From: an uncultured Acetatifactor sp.
Lineage (GTDB): Bacteria > Bacillota > Clostridia > Lachnospirales > Lachnospiraceae
Direction of reading: 5' to 3'
Length of the DNA stretch: 64,000 bases
NCBI GenBank assembly: GCA_964486095.1
Contig: CAZAMX010000001.1
Span: 3,391-67,390, forward strand
Position 1 is the stretch's first letter, and each line of letters starts with the position of its first letter. Below, in pieces: positions 38,966-49,563 of the stretch. A program made the translations under genes and the position numbers. The notes beneath the pieces were generated by a model. The model was given only the letters and a program-made list of their open reading frames with translations, was not told the DNA's origin and did not search any database.

Positions 38966-41929
38966 ATGAAAAACTCTGGTAAAAAAGTAATAACAGCAGT
39001 GGTGATTGTGGCGGCGGTAGTTTTAGTGGCTGTGCTCATGTCTCTGCGGGATGTGGAGGATTTTCACGACAAGTATGCCGGCGTGGATCTCAGCGTCGAT
39101 GTGGAAGGCATGGAAAGGGAGGGTACCTATACGGGATACCTGAATGCTCACAAGGATGCGGCGTATTCTACTGTAAGTGTCGAGGTGGATCTCTTTGATT
39201 ATGCGGCTTCCGGCGACGGACAGGTGGAGAAGCTTACCCAGTATGAGGGCGCAGACGAGGCCCTTTATACCGGAACCGGTTCCTATGTGAGCTGGGAGGT
39301 GGATATACCGGAAAGCGGCTATTATAATGTTTACATGGAGTACCTGATTCCTCAGTCCAGAGGCGTGGCTGCGGAAAGAGTCATTTACATAAACGGCGAG
39401 GTTCCCTTTGAGGATGCAAGGAATGTTTCCTTTACAAGAATCTGGACCGACGGCGGCGAGGTCAGAGTGGATAACCAGGGCAATCAGATCCGGCCCACTC
39501 AGGTTGAGGTATATGACTGGCAGCATTCTTATTTCAGGGATGACAGAGGCTATATCACGGAGCCGTATCTTTTTTATCTGGAGAAGGGCGTCAACGAAAT
39601 CAGCCTGGAGGCTGAAAACGAGCCCATGGTTTTAAGAAAACTGGTAGTCAGCGAAGTTCAGCAGACACTTTCCTATGATGAATACATAAAGAATCAGCCG
39701 GAGATGAATTCCTCCGAGGCGGCCAAGAATTACGTGCAGTTGATCGAGGGTGAGGATTCCACTCTGCGTTCCGAATCTTCCCTGTATGCAAAATATGACA
39801 GGTCATCTCCTACGACCCAGCCCAACAGCGTGACGAAGACGGTACTCAATTATGTGGGCGGCGAGGCCTGGAGAAGCGCGGGACAGTGGATTGAATGGGA
39901 ATTTGAGGTGCCCGAGGACGGCTATTATAACATTACCATTAAGGGTCGTCAGAATTACGCAAGAGGCAGCGTTTCCAACAGAATCGTATACATAGACGGC
40001 GAAATTCCCTTTTCGGAGCTGCAGGCTGTTTCCTTTGAGTACAGCAATGACTGGAGCTATAAGAAGCTGGCGGATGAAGACGGTGCGCCTTTCCAGTTTT
40101 ACCTGACTGCAGGAAAGCATACCATCCGCCTGGAGGCAGCGCTGGGAGGACTGGGGCCCATATTGGAGAATCTGGAAGATTCCACCTTCCGCTTAAATCA
40201 GATTTACAGAAAGCTCCTCGTTTATACCGGAGCCACTCCCGATCAGTACCGGGATTATCAGATTGAAAAGAACTATCCCGAGATCATGGAAGCCATGGAT
40301 TTGGAATCCAAGCGTCTCTTTAAGATCGTAGACGATATGGTGGCATACAGCGGACAGAAGGCCGATCAGATCGCAACGGCTCAGACCGTCGCGCAGCAGA
40401 TGGAGCGCTTCTGCGAAAAGCCGAATAAGATTACAACGGAGTTTACTACCTTCAAAGACAATATCACGGCCGTAGGTACGGCAACCTTAAATATGAGCGA
40501 GACAAAGCTGGACATTGATTATCTGGTGGTCAGCGGTGTGGACGCAGAGGTGAAACAGAAAAAATCCAACGGCTTTATGCAGCTCTGGCATGAGCTGAAA
40601 TCCTTTGCGGCATCCTTCGTGGTGGATTACAATGCCGTGGGTGACGTATATGAAGCAGGCGGCGAGGAAGAGGTGATCAAGGTCTGGATCCTTACCGGCA
40701 GAGACCAGGGTACCATTTTAAAGTCCATGGTAGACGAATCCTTTACGCCCAATACGGGCATTAAGGTGAATGTAGAGATCGTGGCGGCGGATGCACTGCT
40801 GAATGCGGTCATTGCCGGGAGAGGGCCGAACGTGGTGCTTTCCGTGGCGGCGGATCAGCCGGTCAATTATGCGCTTCGTAAAGCATCGGAGGATATTACT
40901 CAGTTTGAAGGCTGGGAAGAAGTGCTTTCTCATTATGCGCCAAGCTCTTATGAGCAGTATAAGCTGGACGGCGGGATTTATGGCCTACCGGAAACTCAGA
41001 CCTTTAATGTCATGTTTTACCGAAAGGACGTTCTGGAAGAGCTGGGACTGGAGGTTCCGCAGACCTGGCAGGATTTAGAGGAAATGCTGCCGACGATTCA
41101 GGGCAACAACCTTTCGATCGGTCTTCCTACGGCTACCGGCTCCAGCGGTGCGGCAGCAGCTACTACGGCGATTGCTTCCAATGCGCCCGATCTGTCCATG
41201 TATTTTGCACTTCTTTTCCAGAACGGCGGTGATCTGTACAATACGCCGGGAACCAGGACCACGGTGGACACCGAGGCGGGTGTGCAGGCCTTTGACGATT
41301 ATGTGAAATATTTTAACGATTACGGACTTCCGCAGATTTATGACTTTGTGAGCCGTTTCCGTTCCGGGGAGATGCCCATAGGCATTCAGGCATACTCCGT
41401 TTACAATACGTTGATGGTGTCTGCGCCCGAGATCAGAGGACTTTGGGACTTCACGCTGATTCCGGGAACGGAGTGTACGGATGAAAACGGAAATACCTAC
41501 ATAGACCGTTCCGATTTCATTACCGGAAGCGCAACCATGATGATTGCATCAGACAGTGAAAGTATTAAGCAGAAATCCTGGGAGTTCATGAAATGGTGGG
41601 CAGACGCGGATACACAGGTGCGTTTCGGACGTGAAATTGAGGCTTTGCTGGGGTCCTCCGCAAGATATAACACTGCGAACAAAGACGCTTTTGTACAGCT
41701 GTCCTGGAGCGCCGATGACATTGAGGTGTTAAGCGAGCAGTGGGAGCAGACGGTGGGGATCAGAGAGGTTCCCGGCGGTTATTACACGGGGCGTCACATT
41801 GCCAATGCTATCCGTAAGGTCTTAAACGAAAAGACCGACACCAGGAATACGATTATTGATTACTCCATCAAGATTAACGACGAGATCGACAAGAAGCGGA
41901 CAGAATTCGGCATGCCGGTGGAAGAATAG
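38966..41929 (+). CDS. Large extracellular solute-binding protein with two N-terminal CBM-like domains
   Basis: N-terminal TM anchor; repeats VSWEVDIPESGYYN / IEWEFEVPEDGYYN; C-terminal sugar SBP (FTP.TGIKVN, GLPETQ, MFYRKD, PQTW, SWEFMKWW). Confidence 0.85.
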   Translation: MKNSGKKVITAVVIVAAVVLVAVLMSLRDVEDFHDKYAGVDLSVDVEGMEREGTYTGYLNAHKDAAYSTVSVEVDLFDYAASGDGQVEKLTQYEGADEALYTGTGSYVSWEVDIPESGYYNVYMEYLIPQSRGVAAERVIYINGEVPFEDARNVSFTRIWTDGGEVRVDNQGNQIRPTQVEVYDWQHSYFRDDRGYITEPYLFYLEKGVNEISLEAENEPMVLRKLVVSEVQQTLSYDEYIKNQPEMNSSEAAKNYVQLIEGEDSTLRSESSLYAKYDRSSPTTQPNSVTKTVLNYVGGEAWRSAGQWIEWEFEVPEDGYYNITIKGRQNYARGSVSNRIVYIDGEIPFSELQAVSFEYSNDWSYKKLADEDGAPFQFYLTAGKHTIRLEAALGGLGPILENLEDSTFRLNQIYRKLLVYTGATPDQYRDYQIEKNYPEIMEAMDLESKRLFKIVDDMVAYSGQKADQIATAQTVAQQMERFCEKPNKITTEFTTFKDNITAVGTATLNMSETKLDIDYLVVSGVDAEVKQKKSNGFMQLWHELKSFAASFVVDYNAVGDVYEAGGEEEVIKVWILTGRDQGTILKSMVDESFTPNTGIKVNVEIVAADALLNAVIAGRGPNVVLSVAADQPVNYALRKASEDITQFEGWEEVLSHYAPSSYEQYKLDGGIYGLPETQTFNVMFYRKDVLEELGLEVPQTWQDLEEMLPTIQGNNLSIGLPTATGSSGAAAATTAIASNAPDLSMYFALLFQNGGDLYNTPGTRTTVDTEAGVQAFDDYVKYFNDYGLPQIYDFVSRFRSGEMPIGIQAYSVYNTLMVSAPEIRGLWDFTLIPGTECTDENGNTYIDRSDFITGSATMMIASDSESIKQKSWEFMKWWADADTQVRFGREIEALLGSSARYNTANKDAFVQLSWSADDIEVLSEQWEQTVGIREVPGGYYTGRHIANAIRKVLNEKTDTRNTIIDYSIKINDEIDKKRTEFGMPVEE

Positions 41930-41940
41930 GGGAGTGTGAG

Positions 41941-42879
41941 ATGAAAGAATATTTTAAAAAGTATTTTATCCTGCGCAGGCACAATATGCAGGTGGCTTTG
42001 AAAAAAGCAAAGAGAAGTAAAATGTGTTACGCTTTTCTGGCGCCTTACGCTATTCTGTTTACCTTGTTTTTCATTGCGCCGGTAGTAATCTCCATTTTCT
42101 TCAGCTTTACCTATTATAATATTCTGGAGCCCCCCAGATTCATCGGACTACAGAATTATATCAGCCTGATACTGGAGGATGATATTTTCCTCCAGGCTAT
42201 CAAAAATACATTTATGATCGCCATTATTACAGGCCCGCTGGGCTATATCATGTCCTTCCTGTTCGCGTGGCTGATCAACGAGCTGCCCAGGTGGGTGCGA
42301 AGCGTGGCGGTGGTCATATTTTACGCACCGTCCATTGCGGGTAACTGCTTCGTAATCTTTTCCGTGTTCTTCCGTGGAGATGCTTACGGGTATGTAAACT
42401 CCTTCCTGATGGAGCTGGGAATCATCGACGCTCCCGTGCTTTGGCTCATTAATCCGAAGTACATGCTGCCTGTCTGTATGTTGGTTATTTTGTGGATGAG
42501 TCTGGGCACCGGATTCCTTTCCTTTGTGGCAGGCCTTCAGGGTGTAGACAGATCCCAGTTTGAAGCCGGATACATGGATGGCATCAAGAACCGCTGGCAG
42601 GAGCTTTGGTACATAACACTTCCTAACATGAAGCCCATGCTGATGTTCGGCGCCATCATGGCGATCACTCAGGCCTTTGGTGTCTGTGATGTCACCATGG
42701 CACTGTGCGGATACCCCAGTACGGATTATGCAGCCAGAACCATTGTTACTCACCTGTTCGACTACGGCTTCACCAGATTCGAGATGGGTTATGCCTGTGC
42801 CATTGCAACGATTTTGTTCTTAATGATGTATCTTTGTAACAAAGCAATTCAAAGTCTGTTGAGAAGAGTAGGAACCTGA
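41941..42879 (+). CDS. Carbohydrate ABC transporter permease (MalF-like)
   Basis: YAFLAP, FIGLQNY, EAA-loop FEAGYMDG..ITLP, MGYACA. Confidence 0.92.
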   Translation: MKEYFKKYFILRRHNMQVALKKAKRSKMCYAFLAPYAILFTLFFIAPVVISIFFSFTYYNILEPPRFIGLQNYISLILEDDIFLQAIKNTFMIAIITGPLGYIMSFLFAWLINELPRWVRSVAVVIFYAPSIAGNCFVIFSVFFRGDAYGYVNSFLMELGIIDAPVLWLINPKYMLPVCMLVILWMSLGTGFLSFVAGLQGVDRSQFEAGYMDGIKNRWQELWYITLPNMKPMLMFGAIMAITQAFGVCDVTMALCGYPSTDYAARTIVTHLFDYGFTRFEMGYACAIATILFLMMYLCNKAIQSLLRRVGT

Positions 42880-42880
42880 T

Positions 42881-43789
42881 ATGAGCAGAAAGAAAAAAGA
42901 AAAAGAAGTTGTCATCGAGAAGGCGTACCACAAAAAGTTAATCAAAAGGAGAAAACCCAACCGCTCCATTATCGGAGATGTGGCGCTGTATGTTTTCCTT
43001 GCGCTGGTGGCCTTTATAATGTTCTTTCCCATTATATTTGCGGTGTCGAATGCGTTAAAGCCGCTGGATGAGCTGTTCCGTTTCCCGCCTAAGATTCTGG
43101 CGCAGAATCCTACGCTGGATAACTTTTCAGACCTGTTCATTACCATGGGCAAGTCCTGGGTCACCTTCTCCAGATACCTGTTTAATACGGTATTTATTAC
43201 GGTGGTAGGTACGGCGGGGCATCTGATTATTGCATCCATGGCGGCCTTTGTGCTGGCAAAATATGAGTTTCCCGGCGGTCAGGCGTTTTTCAAGCTGGTA
43301 ACCATTGCCATGATGTTTACGGGATATGTTACGGCAATCCCCAACTATCTGATTATCAATAAGCTTGGCTGGGTAGACACCTATTGGGCTATTATCATTC
43401 CTGCCTTTGCTTCTCCCATGGGTCTGTTCCTGATGAAGCAGTTTATGGAAGGTCTGCCCATGTCGCTGATCGAGGCGGCGAAGATTGACGGAGCCAGCGA
43501 ATGGAAAGTGTTCCGGGGAATTGTAATGCCGAATGTCAAGCCTGCCTGGATGACGCTGATTATCTTTTCCGTGCAGGGTCTCTGGAATAACAGGGCATCC
43601 ACATTCATTTATTCCGAGGAAAAGAAAACCCTTGTATTTGCAATGCAGCAGATCCAGGGCGGCGGTATCGCCAGGACGGGGCAGGGCGCAGCCGTGATGG
43701 TCGTCCTCATGGCAGTACCTATTGCAATATTTATTTTCTCCGAGAGCCAGATTCTGGAAACGATGGCCAGTTCCGGTCTGAAAGATTAA
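42881..43789 (+). CDS. Carbohydrate ABC transporter permease (MalG-like)
   Basis: PTLDNF, AKYEFPG, LIEAAKIDGAS..FRGIVMP. Confidence 0.92.
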   Translation: MSRKKKEKEVVIEKAYHKKLIKRRKPNRSIIGDVALYVFLALVAFIMFFPIIFAVSNALKPLDELFRFPPKILAQNPTLDNFSDLFITMGKSWVTFSRYLFNTVFITVVGTAGHLIIASMAAFVLAKYEFPGGQAFFKLVTIAMMFTGYVTAIPNYLIINKLGWVDTYWAIIIPAFASPMGLFLMKQFMEGLPMSLIEAAKIDGASEWKVFRGIVMPNVKPAWMTLIIFSVQGLWNNRASTFIYSEEKKTLVFAMQQIQGGGIARTGQGAAVMVVLMAVPIAIFIFSESQILETMASSGLKD

Positions 43790-43807
43790 ATGGGAACGAG
43801 GTGGCAT

Positions 43808-45310
43808 ATGAAAAGGATGATAAAGAGAATCGGTGCGTTTGTGCTGGGCGCTGTGATTTTGGGAACCTCTTCCATGGCAGTCTGCGCGGCAGACAGCAAC
43901 TATACCTACAATTATGACTGGTGGGGGGATGTACAGGGATCACCGGACTTTTATACGGTGGCCAATGTGTACACATCGGCGGACCTGGGATTGGATGTCA
44001 ATCTGTCTGCTCCTCAGGGGTTGTTTGTGTCAGGCAGTTTAATGTATCTTTGCGATACGGGCAACAATCGTATTATCGAGTTGGAGAGGGTCTCAAGAAA
44101 TGAAATTGAGGTCAGACGGATCATTGATGAATTCAAGGGAGACGTAGAGGTCAAGACCTTTTCTTCTCCTACGGATGTGGCGGTTTCCGCAGAAGGAGAG
44201 TTTTATATCGCGGACCGGGGGAATTCCCGTATCTTAAAGCTGGATAAGGATTTGAATTACCTGATGCAGTTTGATAAGCCGGTGGATTCCACACTGGATC
44301 CGGAGGCAGGCTTTCAGCCCAGCAAAATTGCTATTGATACGGCGGGACGTGTTTACTGCGTGGCCATCGGCATCAATAAGGGTCTGATAAAATACGAGAA
44401 TAACGGCGAGTTTTCCGGTTTCGTGGGAGCAACTAAGGTTAGATTTAACTGGACGGATTATATCTGGAAAAAGCTGGCTACCCAGGCGCAGCGGGACAGG
44501 ATGGAATCCTTTGTGCCTACGGAATACGACAATCTTTACATGGATGATGAGGGCTTTATCTTTGTGGTAGAGGGAGATCAGCAGGAAGAGCAGCTGAAGG
44601 AAAACACGGACTCCGCCGTGCGCAGGCTCAATCTTTTAGGCAATGATATTCTGGTGCGCAACGGTGAGTGGTATACCTACGGCGACCTGTACATGGGTTC
44701 AGGCGGCGGTTATGAGGGCCCGTCCAGCTTCAAGGATGTGACGGCCCTTGACAATGACGTATATATCTGCATGGATGAAAAAAGAGGGCGTTTGTTTGGT
44801 TATGACCAGCAGGGCAGATTGCTGTTTGCCTGCGGCGGAAACGGCAATATGGACGGGTATTTTAAAAAACCGGCCGCCCTGGATCATATGGGGTCTGACC
44901 TGATCGTGGTGGACTCTTTGGATTGCAGTCTGACGCTGTTTATTCCCACGGAGTTTGGCAGTCTGGTGTATCAGGCTATGGAACAGTTTGATGTCGGTGA
45001 ATATGATGCTTCCGAGGCATCCTGGCGCGAAGCCATGAAATTAAACGGCAATTATGATCTGGCTTATATCGGTATCGGCCGGGCGCTGCTCAGCCAGGAA
45101 AGATATGAGGAAGCGCTGGATTATTTTGAGCTGAAATATGATGCGGATAACTATTCCAAGGCCTACAGGCAGTACCGGAAGGAATGGGTGGAGGATCATA
45201 TCGGGATTATAATTGCGGTGATTCTGGCACTGTTTTTGATTCCCATGTCCATCGGTAAGGTAAAGGCTATTAAGCACGAGATCGACATTGCTGATATTTT
45301 CAGACGCTAG
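43808..45310 (+). CDS. NHL-repeat beta-propeller surface protein with TPR-like segment and C-terminal TM anchor
   Basis: Signal peptide; PQGL..YLCDTGNNRI, PTDVAV..YIADRGNSRI, PSKIAID; LAYIGIGRAL; C-terminal hydrophobic helix. Confidence 0.82.
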   Translation: MKRMIKRIGAFVLGAVILGTSSMAVCAADSNYTYNYDWWGDVQGSPDFYTVANVYTSADLGLDVNLSAPQGLFVSGSLMYLCDTGNNRIIELERVSRNEIEVRRIIDEFKGDVEVKTFSSPTDVAVSAEGEFYIADRGNSRILKLDKDLNYLMQFDKPVDSTLDPEAGFQPSKIAIDTAGRVYCVAIGINKGLIKYENNGEFSGFVGATKVRFNWTDYIWKKLATQAQRDRMESFVPTEYDNLYMDDEGFIFVVEGDQQEEQLKENTDSAVRRLNLLGNDILVRNGEWYTYGDLYMGSGGGYEGPSSFKDVTALDNDVYICMDEKRGRLFGYDQQGRLLFACGGNGNMDGYFKKPAALDHMGSDLIVVDSLDCSLTLFIPTEFGSLVYQAMEQFDVGEYDASEASWREAMKLNGNYDLAYIGIGRALLSQERYEEALDYFELKYDADNYSKAYRQYRKEWVEDHIGIIIAVILALFLIPMSIGKVKAIKHEIDIADIFRR

Positions 45311-45326
45311 AAGAGGGAGGCAGGAT

Positions 45327-45980
45327 ATGGAGACTTCAATTAGAAAGAGCAAGTTTCAGAAGTATTTGGGATCATTGAAATTCGCGCTGTACTGTATTAG
45401 CCATCCCCTTGACGGTTTCTGGGATCTGACCCATGAGAAGAGAGGGACCTATGCGGCGGCTAACACGATTTTAGCCCTGACGCTGCTTGCCAGGGTAATG
45501 AAACTGCGATATACCAGCTTCATTTTCTTGAATGTCTACTGGGAGGAACTGAATATTTTCCTTTACCTTGCCAGTGTGGTATTTCCGCTTTTGATGTTTG
45601 TGGTGGGCAACTGGGCGCTGACTACCCTTTTCGATGGCAAGGGCAGGCTGGGGCAGGTATACATGGCAAGCTGCTACTGCCTTACTCCTTATCCGCTCCT
45701 GCAGTTTCCGCTGATGATTTTCAGCAATTTTGTGACGGTGGACGAAGCGGAGTTCTATATGGTGATCAGCGGGTTGTCCATAGTCTGGTGTGGTCTGCTC
45801 TTTATTGCGGCCATGGGACAGATTCATGAGTATTCCGCAGGGAAAAATATTTTGTTTATGGTGGCGACCCTGTTCGCAATGCTTGTAATAATTTTTATCC
45901 TCATGCTGTTCTTCAGCATGATCCTGCAGGGCGTTTCCTATTTCATGTCCCTGGGGAGAGAACTGCTGTTTAGGATGTAG
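45327..45980 (+). CDS. YIP1 family membrane protein
   Basis: HPLDGFWDL, NWALTTLFDGKG, about 5 TM helices. Confidence 0.78.
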   Translation: METSIRKSKFQKYLGSLKFALYCISHPLDGFWDLTHEKRGTYAAANTILALTLLARVMKLRYTSFIFLNVYWEELNIFLYLASVVFPLLMFVVGNWALTTLFDGKGRLGQVYMASCYCLTPYPLLQFPLMIFSNFVTVDEAEFYMVISGLSIVWCGLLFIAAMGQIHEYSAGKNILFMVATLFAMLVIIFILMLFFSMILQGVSYFMSLGRELLFRM

Positions 45981-46025
45981 CATGAGAATAAAGTGTCCGG
46001 TAGAAACGAAAAGGATGGAGTAATC

Positions 46026-48620
46026 ATGAAGAAAGAAAAATCAGTAAAACAGACCGACAGAAAGGCGATATACGAACGGTTGAAGAGTTTGATATTTCCT
46101 GTGATCCTCAGCGCCGTTATCGTAGCCGGCATTATCTTTATCCTGAATTATAAGGGCGCGGAGGAACCGGAAGAGATCATTCATACCCGCGGATATGACG
46201 GGGGAGATCAGGAGATCGTTCTGGAGAACGACAGCCTGAAGCTGGTTATGGATCCGACGACTACACAGTTTTCTCTGGAAGTAAAGGATACGGGCAAGAT
46301 CTGGTACTCCAATCCTGCGGATGTGGATAATGACACAAAAGCCCTTCCTCTGGAAAAGTCAAACTTAAAGTCCACGCTTCTTATGTCTTACTGTATGGCA
46401 GGAGGCATGGAGGTCAAGTTTAACAGCTATGATCAGAGCGTAGTCAACGGCCTTTATGAGCTGGAGTACGGCGAGGATTATATCCGTGTCAAGTATTCGC
46501 TGGGCAACCTGGAGAGAGAGTACATTATTCCCCCGGTAGGTAAGGCGGCGGACATGGATAAATGGTTTGATGCCATGGCCACTGAGGACCGGACGCTGAT
46601 AAAGAGATATTATAAAAAATATGACATCAATGACCTGGGCAAGAAGGACAACCGGGAAGAGCTTCTTGAAAATTACCCCATTCTGGAGACGGAGCCGATC
46701 TATGTGCTGAGAGACGGTGCCACCGCTGCCATCAAGACGAAGATGGAAGGGGTTTTTGAGAACCTGGGCTATACGATGGAGCATTATGAAGCGGATAAGG
46801 AATTAAACGCCAAGGAAGCGGCCAGTGATAAGCCGGTGTTTAATGTGGATGTGATCTACCGTCTGGACGGCGACGAACTGGTGGTGGAGGTTCCCATGGA
46901 GAGCCTGGAGTTCAAGTCGGACTATCCGATGTATACGATTACACCCCTGCCTTACTTTGGTGCAGGCGGAGCGAAGGACGAAGGCTACATACTGGTTCCT
47001 GAAGGCGGCGGCGCTCTTATCAATTTCAACAATGGCAAGACCCTTCAGAATAACTATTATGCCAATATGTACGGCTGGGACATGTGCCTGCAGAGAGACG
47101 CGGTGGTACACAGCACCAGAGCTTACTTCAATACCTTCGGTATTTCCAGCGGTGAGGATTCCTTCCTCTGTATCCTGGAAGAGGGCGCGCCCTATGTCTC
47201 CGTACAGGCGGACATCGGCGGAAAGCTTAACAGCTATAATTACGCAAATGCGATTTACAGCATTTGTGCCCGGCAGCAGTACAGCATGAGTGAGACGGTT
47301 TCCAGCTCGGCTATCTTTGTTTATCAGAAGGATCTGCCGGACGAGACGCTGACACAGCGGTATCGCTTTATCAACAGTCCCGACTATGCGGATATGGCCG
47401 TGGCTTACAGGGATTATTTGAAGGAAACATACGGCAGCTATTTTACAATGAACGACGACGAACAGACGCCGGTGGTGGTGGAAATGCTGGGCGCAGTGGA
47501 TAAGGTGAAGCAGATTTTGGGCGTACCGGTATCCATGCCTCTGGAGCTTACTACTTATAAAGAAGCGGAAAACATGATTCAGGAGCTTTTTGCCGAAGGC
47601 ATGAGCAACTTATCGGTGAAGATTTCGGGGTGGTGCAACGGCGGCATCAATCAGAAGATACTGCGGAAGGCAAAGCCGATTTCCGATTTGGGCAGCAAGA
47701 AGGATCTGCAGTCCATGATCGATTCCGCAAAGGCGCTGGGTGTGGATATTTACCTGGACGGAGTTACCCAGTACGAATATGACAGCGGTATCCTTGACGG
47801 CTTCTTCTCCTATCGGGATGCTGCAAGGTTTATCTCCAAGGAGCGGGCAGAGATCTATACCTACAGCCCCATAACCTATGCGGCTGCGGAATGGGCGGAC
47901 AGCTATTATCTGCTGCATACGGACCTTGCCATGGAGATGACGGATAATCTCATCAACGCGACACAAAAGTACGGTGCGGGCGTATCCTTCAGGGAGCTGG
48001 GCATGGATTTGTCCTCGGACTTTTATAAAAAGAAGATTTCCAGCCGGCAGGCCGTGATGGAGCAGCAGATGGAGCGGCTGAAGCAGGCGGCGGACTCCGG
48101 TCAGAATATTATGATTAATATGGGCAACGAATATGCGGCTGTTTACAGCGATATGGTTACCAATATGGATCTGCAGGGCAGTGAGTATTCTATTCTTGAC
48201 GAATATGTACCTTTTTACCAGATGGCGGTGCATGGCTACATAAATTATACCGGAGAGGCGTTGAACCTGGTGGGTAATATGGAGGATGAGCTGCTGCGTT
48301 CCGCAGAGTATGGAGCGGGACTGTATTTTACCCTGATGGAGGAAAGTGCTTTTGCCCTTCAAAAGACGCTTTACACCGAATATTTCGGTGCTGATTATAA
48401 CGCATGGCACGACAGAATGATGGAAATTTACGAGCGATATAACAGGGAACTGGGGCATGTCTACAATCAGGAGATGACAGGGCATGAGATATTAGGTTCC
48501 GGCCTGTCCTGCACGACATATCAGGACGGCACAAGCGTTTATGTAAATTACGGATATAAGGATGCGACAACACCTTCGGGTGTGACGGTGCCGGCAAGGG
48601 ATTATAAGGTAGTCCGGTAA
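46026..48620 (+). CDS. DUF5696-like membrane-anchored extracellular protein
   Basis: N-terminal TM; WYSNP, LPYFGAG..DEGYILVPEGGGALI, GWCNGG, VPFYQMAVHGYINY, YVNY; typical position after Yip1. Confidence 0.75.
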   Translation: MKKEKSVKQTDRKAIYERLKSLIFPVILSAVIVAGIIFILNYKGAEEPEEIIHTRGYDGGDQEIVLENDSLKLVMDPTTTQFSLEVKDTGKIWYSNPADVDNDTKALPLEKSNLKSTLLMSYCMAGGMEVKFNSYDQSVVNGLYELEYGEDYIRVKYSLGNLEREYIIPPVGKAADMDKWFDAMATEDRTLIKRYYKKYDINDLGKKDNREELLENYPILETEPIYVLRDGATAAIKTKMEGVFENLGYTMEHYEADKELNAKEAASDKPVFNVDVIYRLDGDELVVEVPMESLEFKSDYPMYTITPLPYFGAGGAKDEGYILVPEGGGALINFNNGKTLQNNYYANMYGWDMCLQRDAVVHSTRAYFNTFGISSGEDSFLCILEEGAPYVSVQADIGGKLNSYNYANAIYSICARQQYSMSETVSSSAIFVYQKDLPDETLTQRYRFINSPDYADMAVAYRDYLKETYGSYFTMNDDEQTPVVVEMLGAVDKVKQILGVPVSMPLELTTYKEAENMIQELFAEGMSNLSVKISGWCNGGINQKILRKAKPISDLGSKKDLQSMIDSAKALGVDIYLDGVTQYEYDSGILDGFFSYRDAARFISKERAEIYTYSPITYAAAEWADSYYLLHTDLAMEMTDNLINATQKYGAGVSFRELGMDLSSDFYKKKISSRQAVMEQQMERLKQAADSGQNIMINMGNEYAAVYSDMVTNMDLQGSEYSILDEYVPFYQMAVHGYINYTGEALNLVGNMEDELLRSAEYGAGLYFTLMEESAFALQKTLYTEYFGADYNAWHDRMMEIYERYNRELGHVYNQEMTGHEILGSGLSCTTYQDGTSVYVNYGYKDATTPSGVTVPARDYKVVR

Positions 48621-48654
48621 TAGAAGGAAATAAAAGAAGGAAGGGCAGTGTGGT

Positions 48655-49563
48655 ATGAAGAAACAGAAGAATAAGTTAGCGGGTCTTCAAAGACGGAAGG
48701 CAATATCCGGTTATCTGTTTGTCTCGCCGTTTATCATAGGCTTTCTGTTGTTTATGGTAAGGCCTCTGTTCCATTCGCTCTATATGAGCTTCTGTGAGGT
48801 GGAGCTTGGCGCGGGAAACTTTGTTTCTCACTTCAGGGGAATATTTAACTACAATAATGCGTTTCGGGTAGACCCGGATTTTAACAGGCTCCTGACGGAA
48901 GAAATAACGAGAATGGCCGTTTATTCTCTGGCGATCATGGTGTTCAGTTTCTTCGTGGCGCTGATTCTCAACCAGAAGTTTAAGGGCAGAGCGCTGGTGA
49001 GGGCCGTGTTTTTCCTGCCGGTGATTCTTTCCTCCGGTGTGATGCTGAGCCTGGAGACGGATAACTCTCTGATGGCAAATCTGCAGGCTTCCGTGGAGAC
49101 GGCGGCGCAGGGAGTCAATATCACCGATGCCCTGAAGGAAATTTTAAGAACGGCAGGCGTGGGCGTCAAGGCTTATGAGACGGTATTTGAGGTAATTGAC
49201 AACATTTATGATGTGGCCATTTCCTCCGGTATTCAGATTATTATCTTCCTCTCCGGGCTGCAGACCATTTCCTCCAGCATGTACGAGGCGGCGGATATTG
49301 AGGGCTGTACCAAGTGGGAGAGCCTCTGGAAGATTACGTTTCCCATGGTAAGCTCCCTGTTCCTGGTAAACTGGATTTATACGATTGTGGATTTCTGTAT
49401 GCGTTCGGACAATGCGGTGATCGAGAAGATTCAGAATACCATGATGAAGAATATGAATTACGGATTTGCCTCAGCCATGTCATGGGTGTACTTTTTGATT
49501 GTGATCGCCATCGTGGGAATCACTTCGCTGATTATCTCAAGGAGGGTTTACTACTATGAGTAA
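48655..49563 (+). CDS. Carbohydrate ABC transporter permease (MalF-like)
   Basis: GYLFVSPF, KFKGR..RAVFFLP, MYEAADIEG..ITFP, YGFASA. Confidence 0.92.
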   Translation: MKKQKNKLAGLQRRKAISGYLFVSPFIIGFLLFMVRPLFHSLYMSFCEVELGAGNFVSHFRGIFNYNNAFRVDPDFNRLLTEEITRMAVYSLAIMVFSFFVALILNQKFKGRALVRAVFFLPVILSSGVMLSLETDNSLMANLQASVETAAQGVNITDALKEILRTAGVGVKAYETVFEVIDNIYDVAISSGIQIIIFLSGLQTISSSMYEAADIEGCTKWESLWKITFPMVSSLFLVNWIYTIVDFCMRSDNAVIEKIQNTMMKNMNYGFASAMSWVYFLIVIAIVGITSLIISRRVYYYE

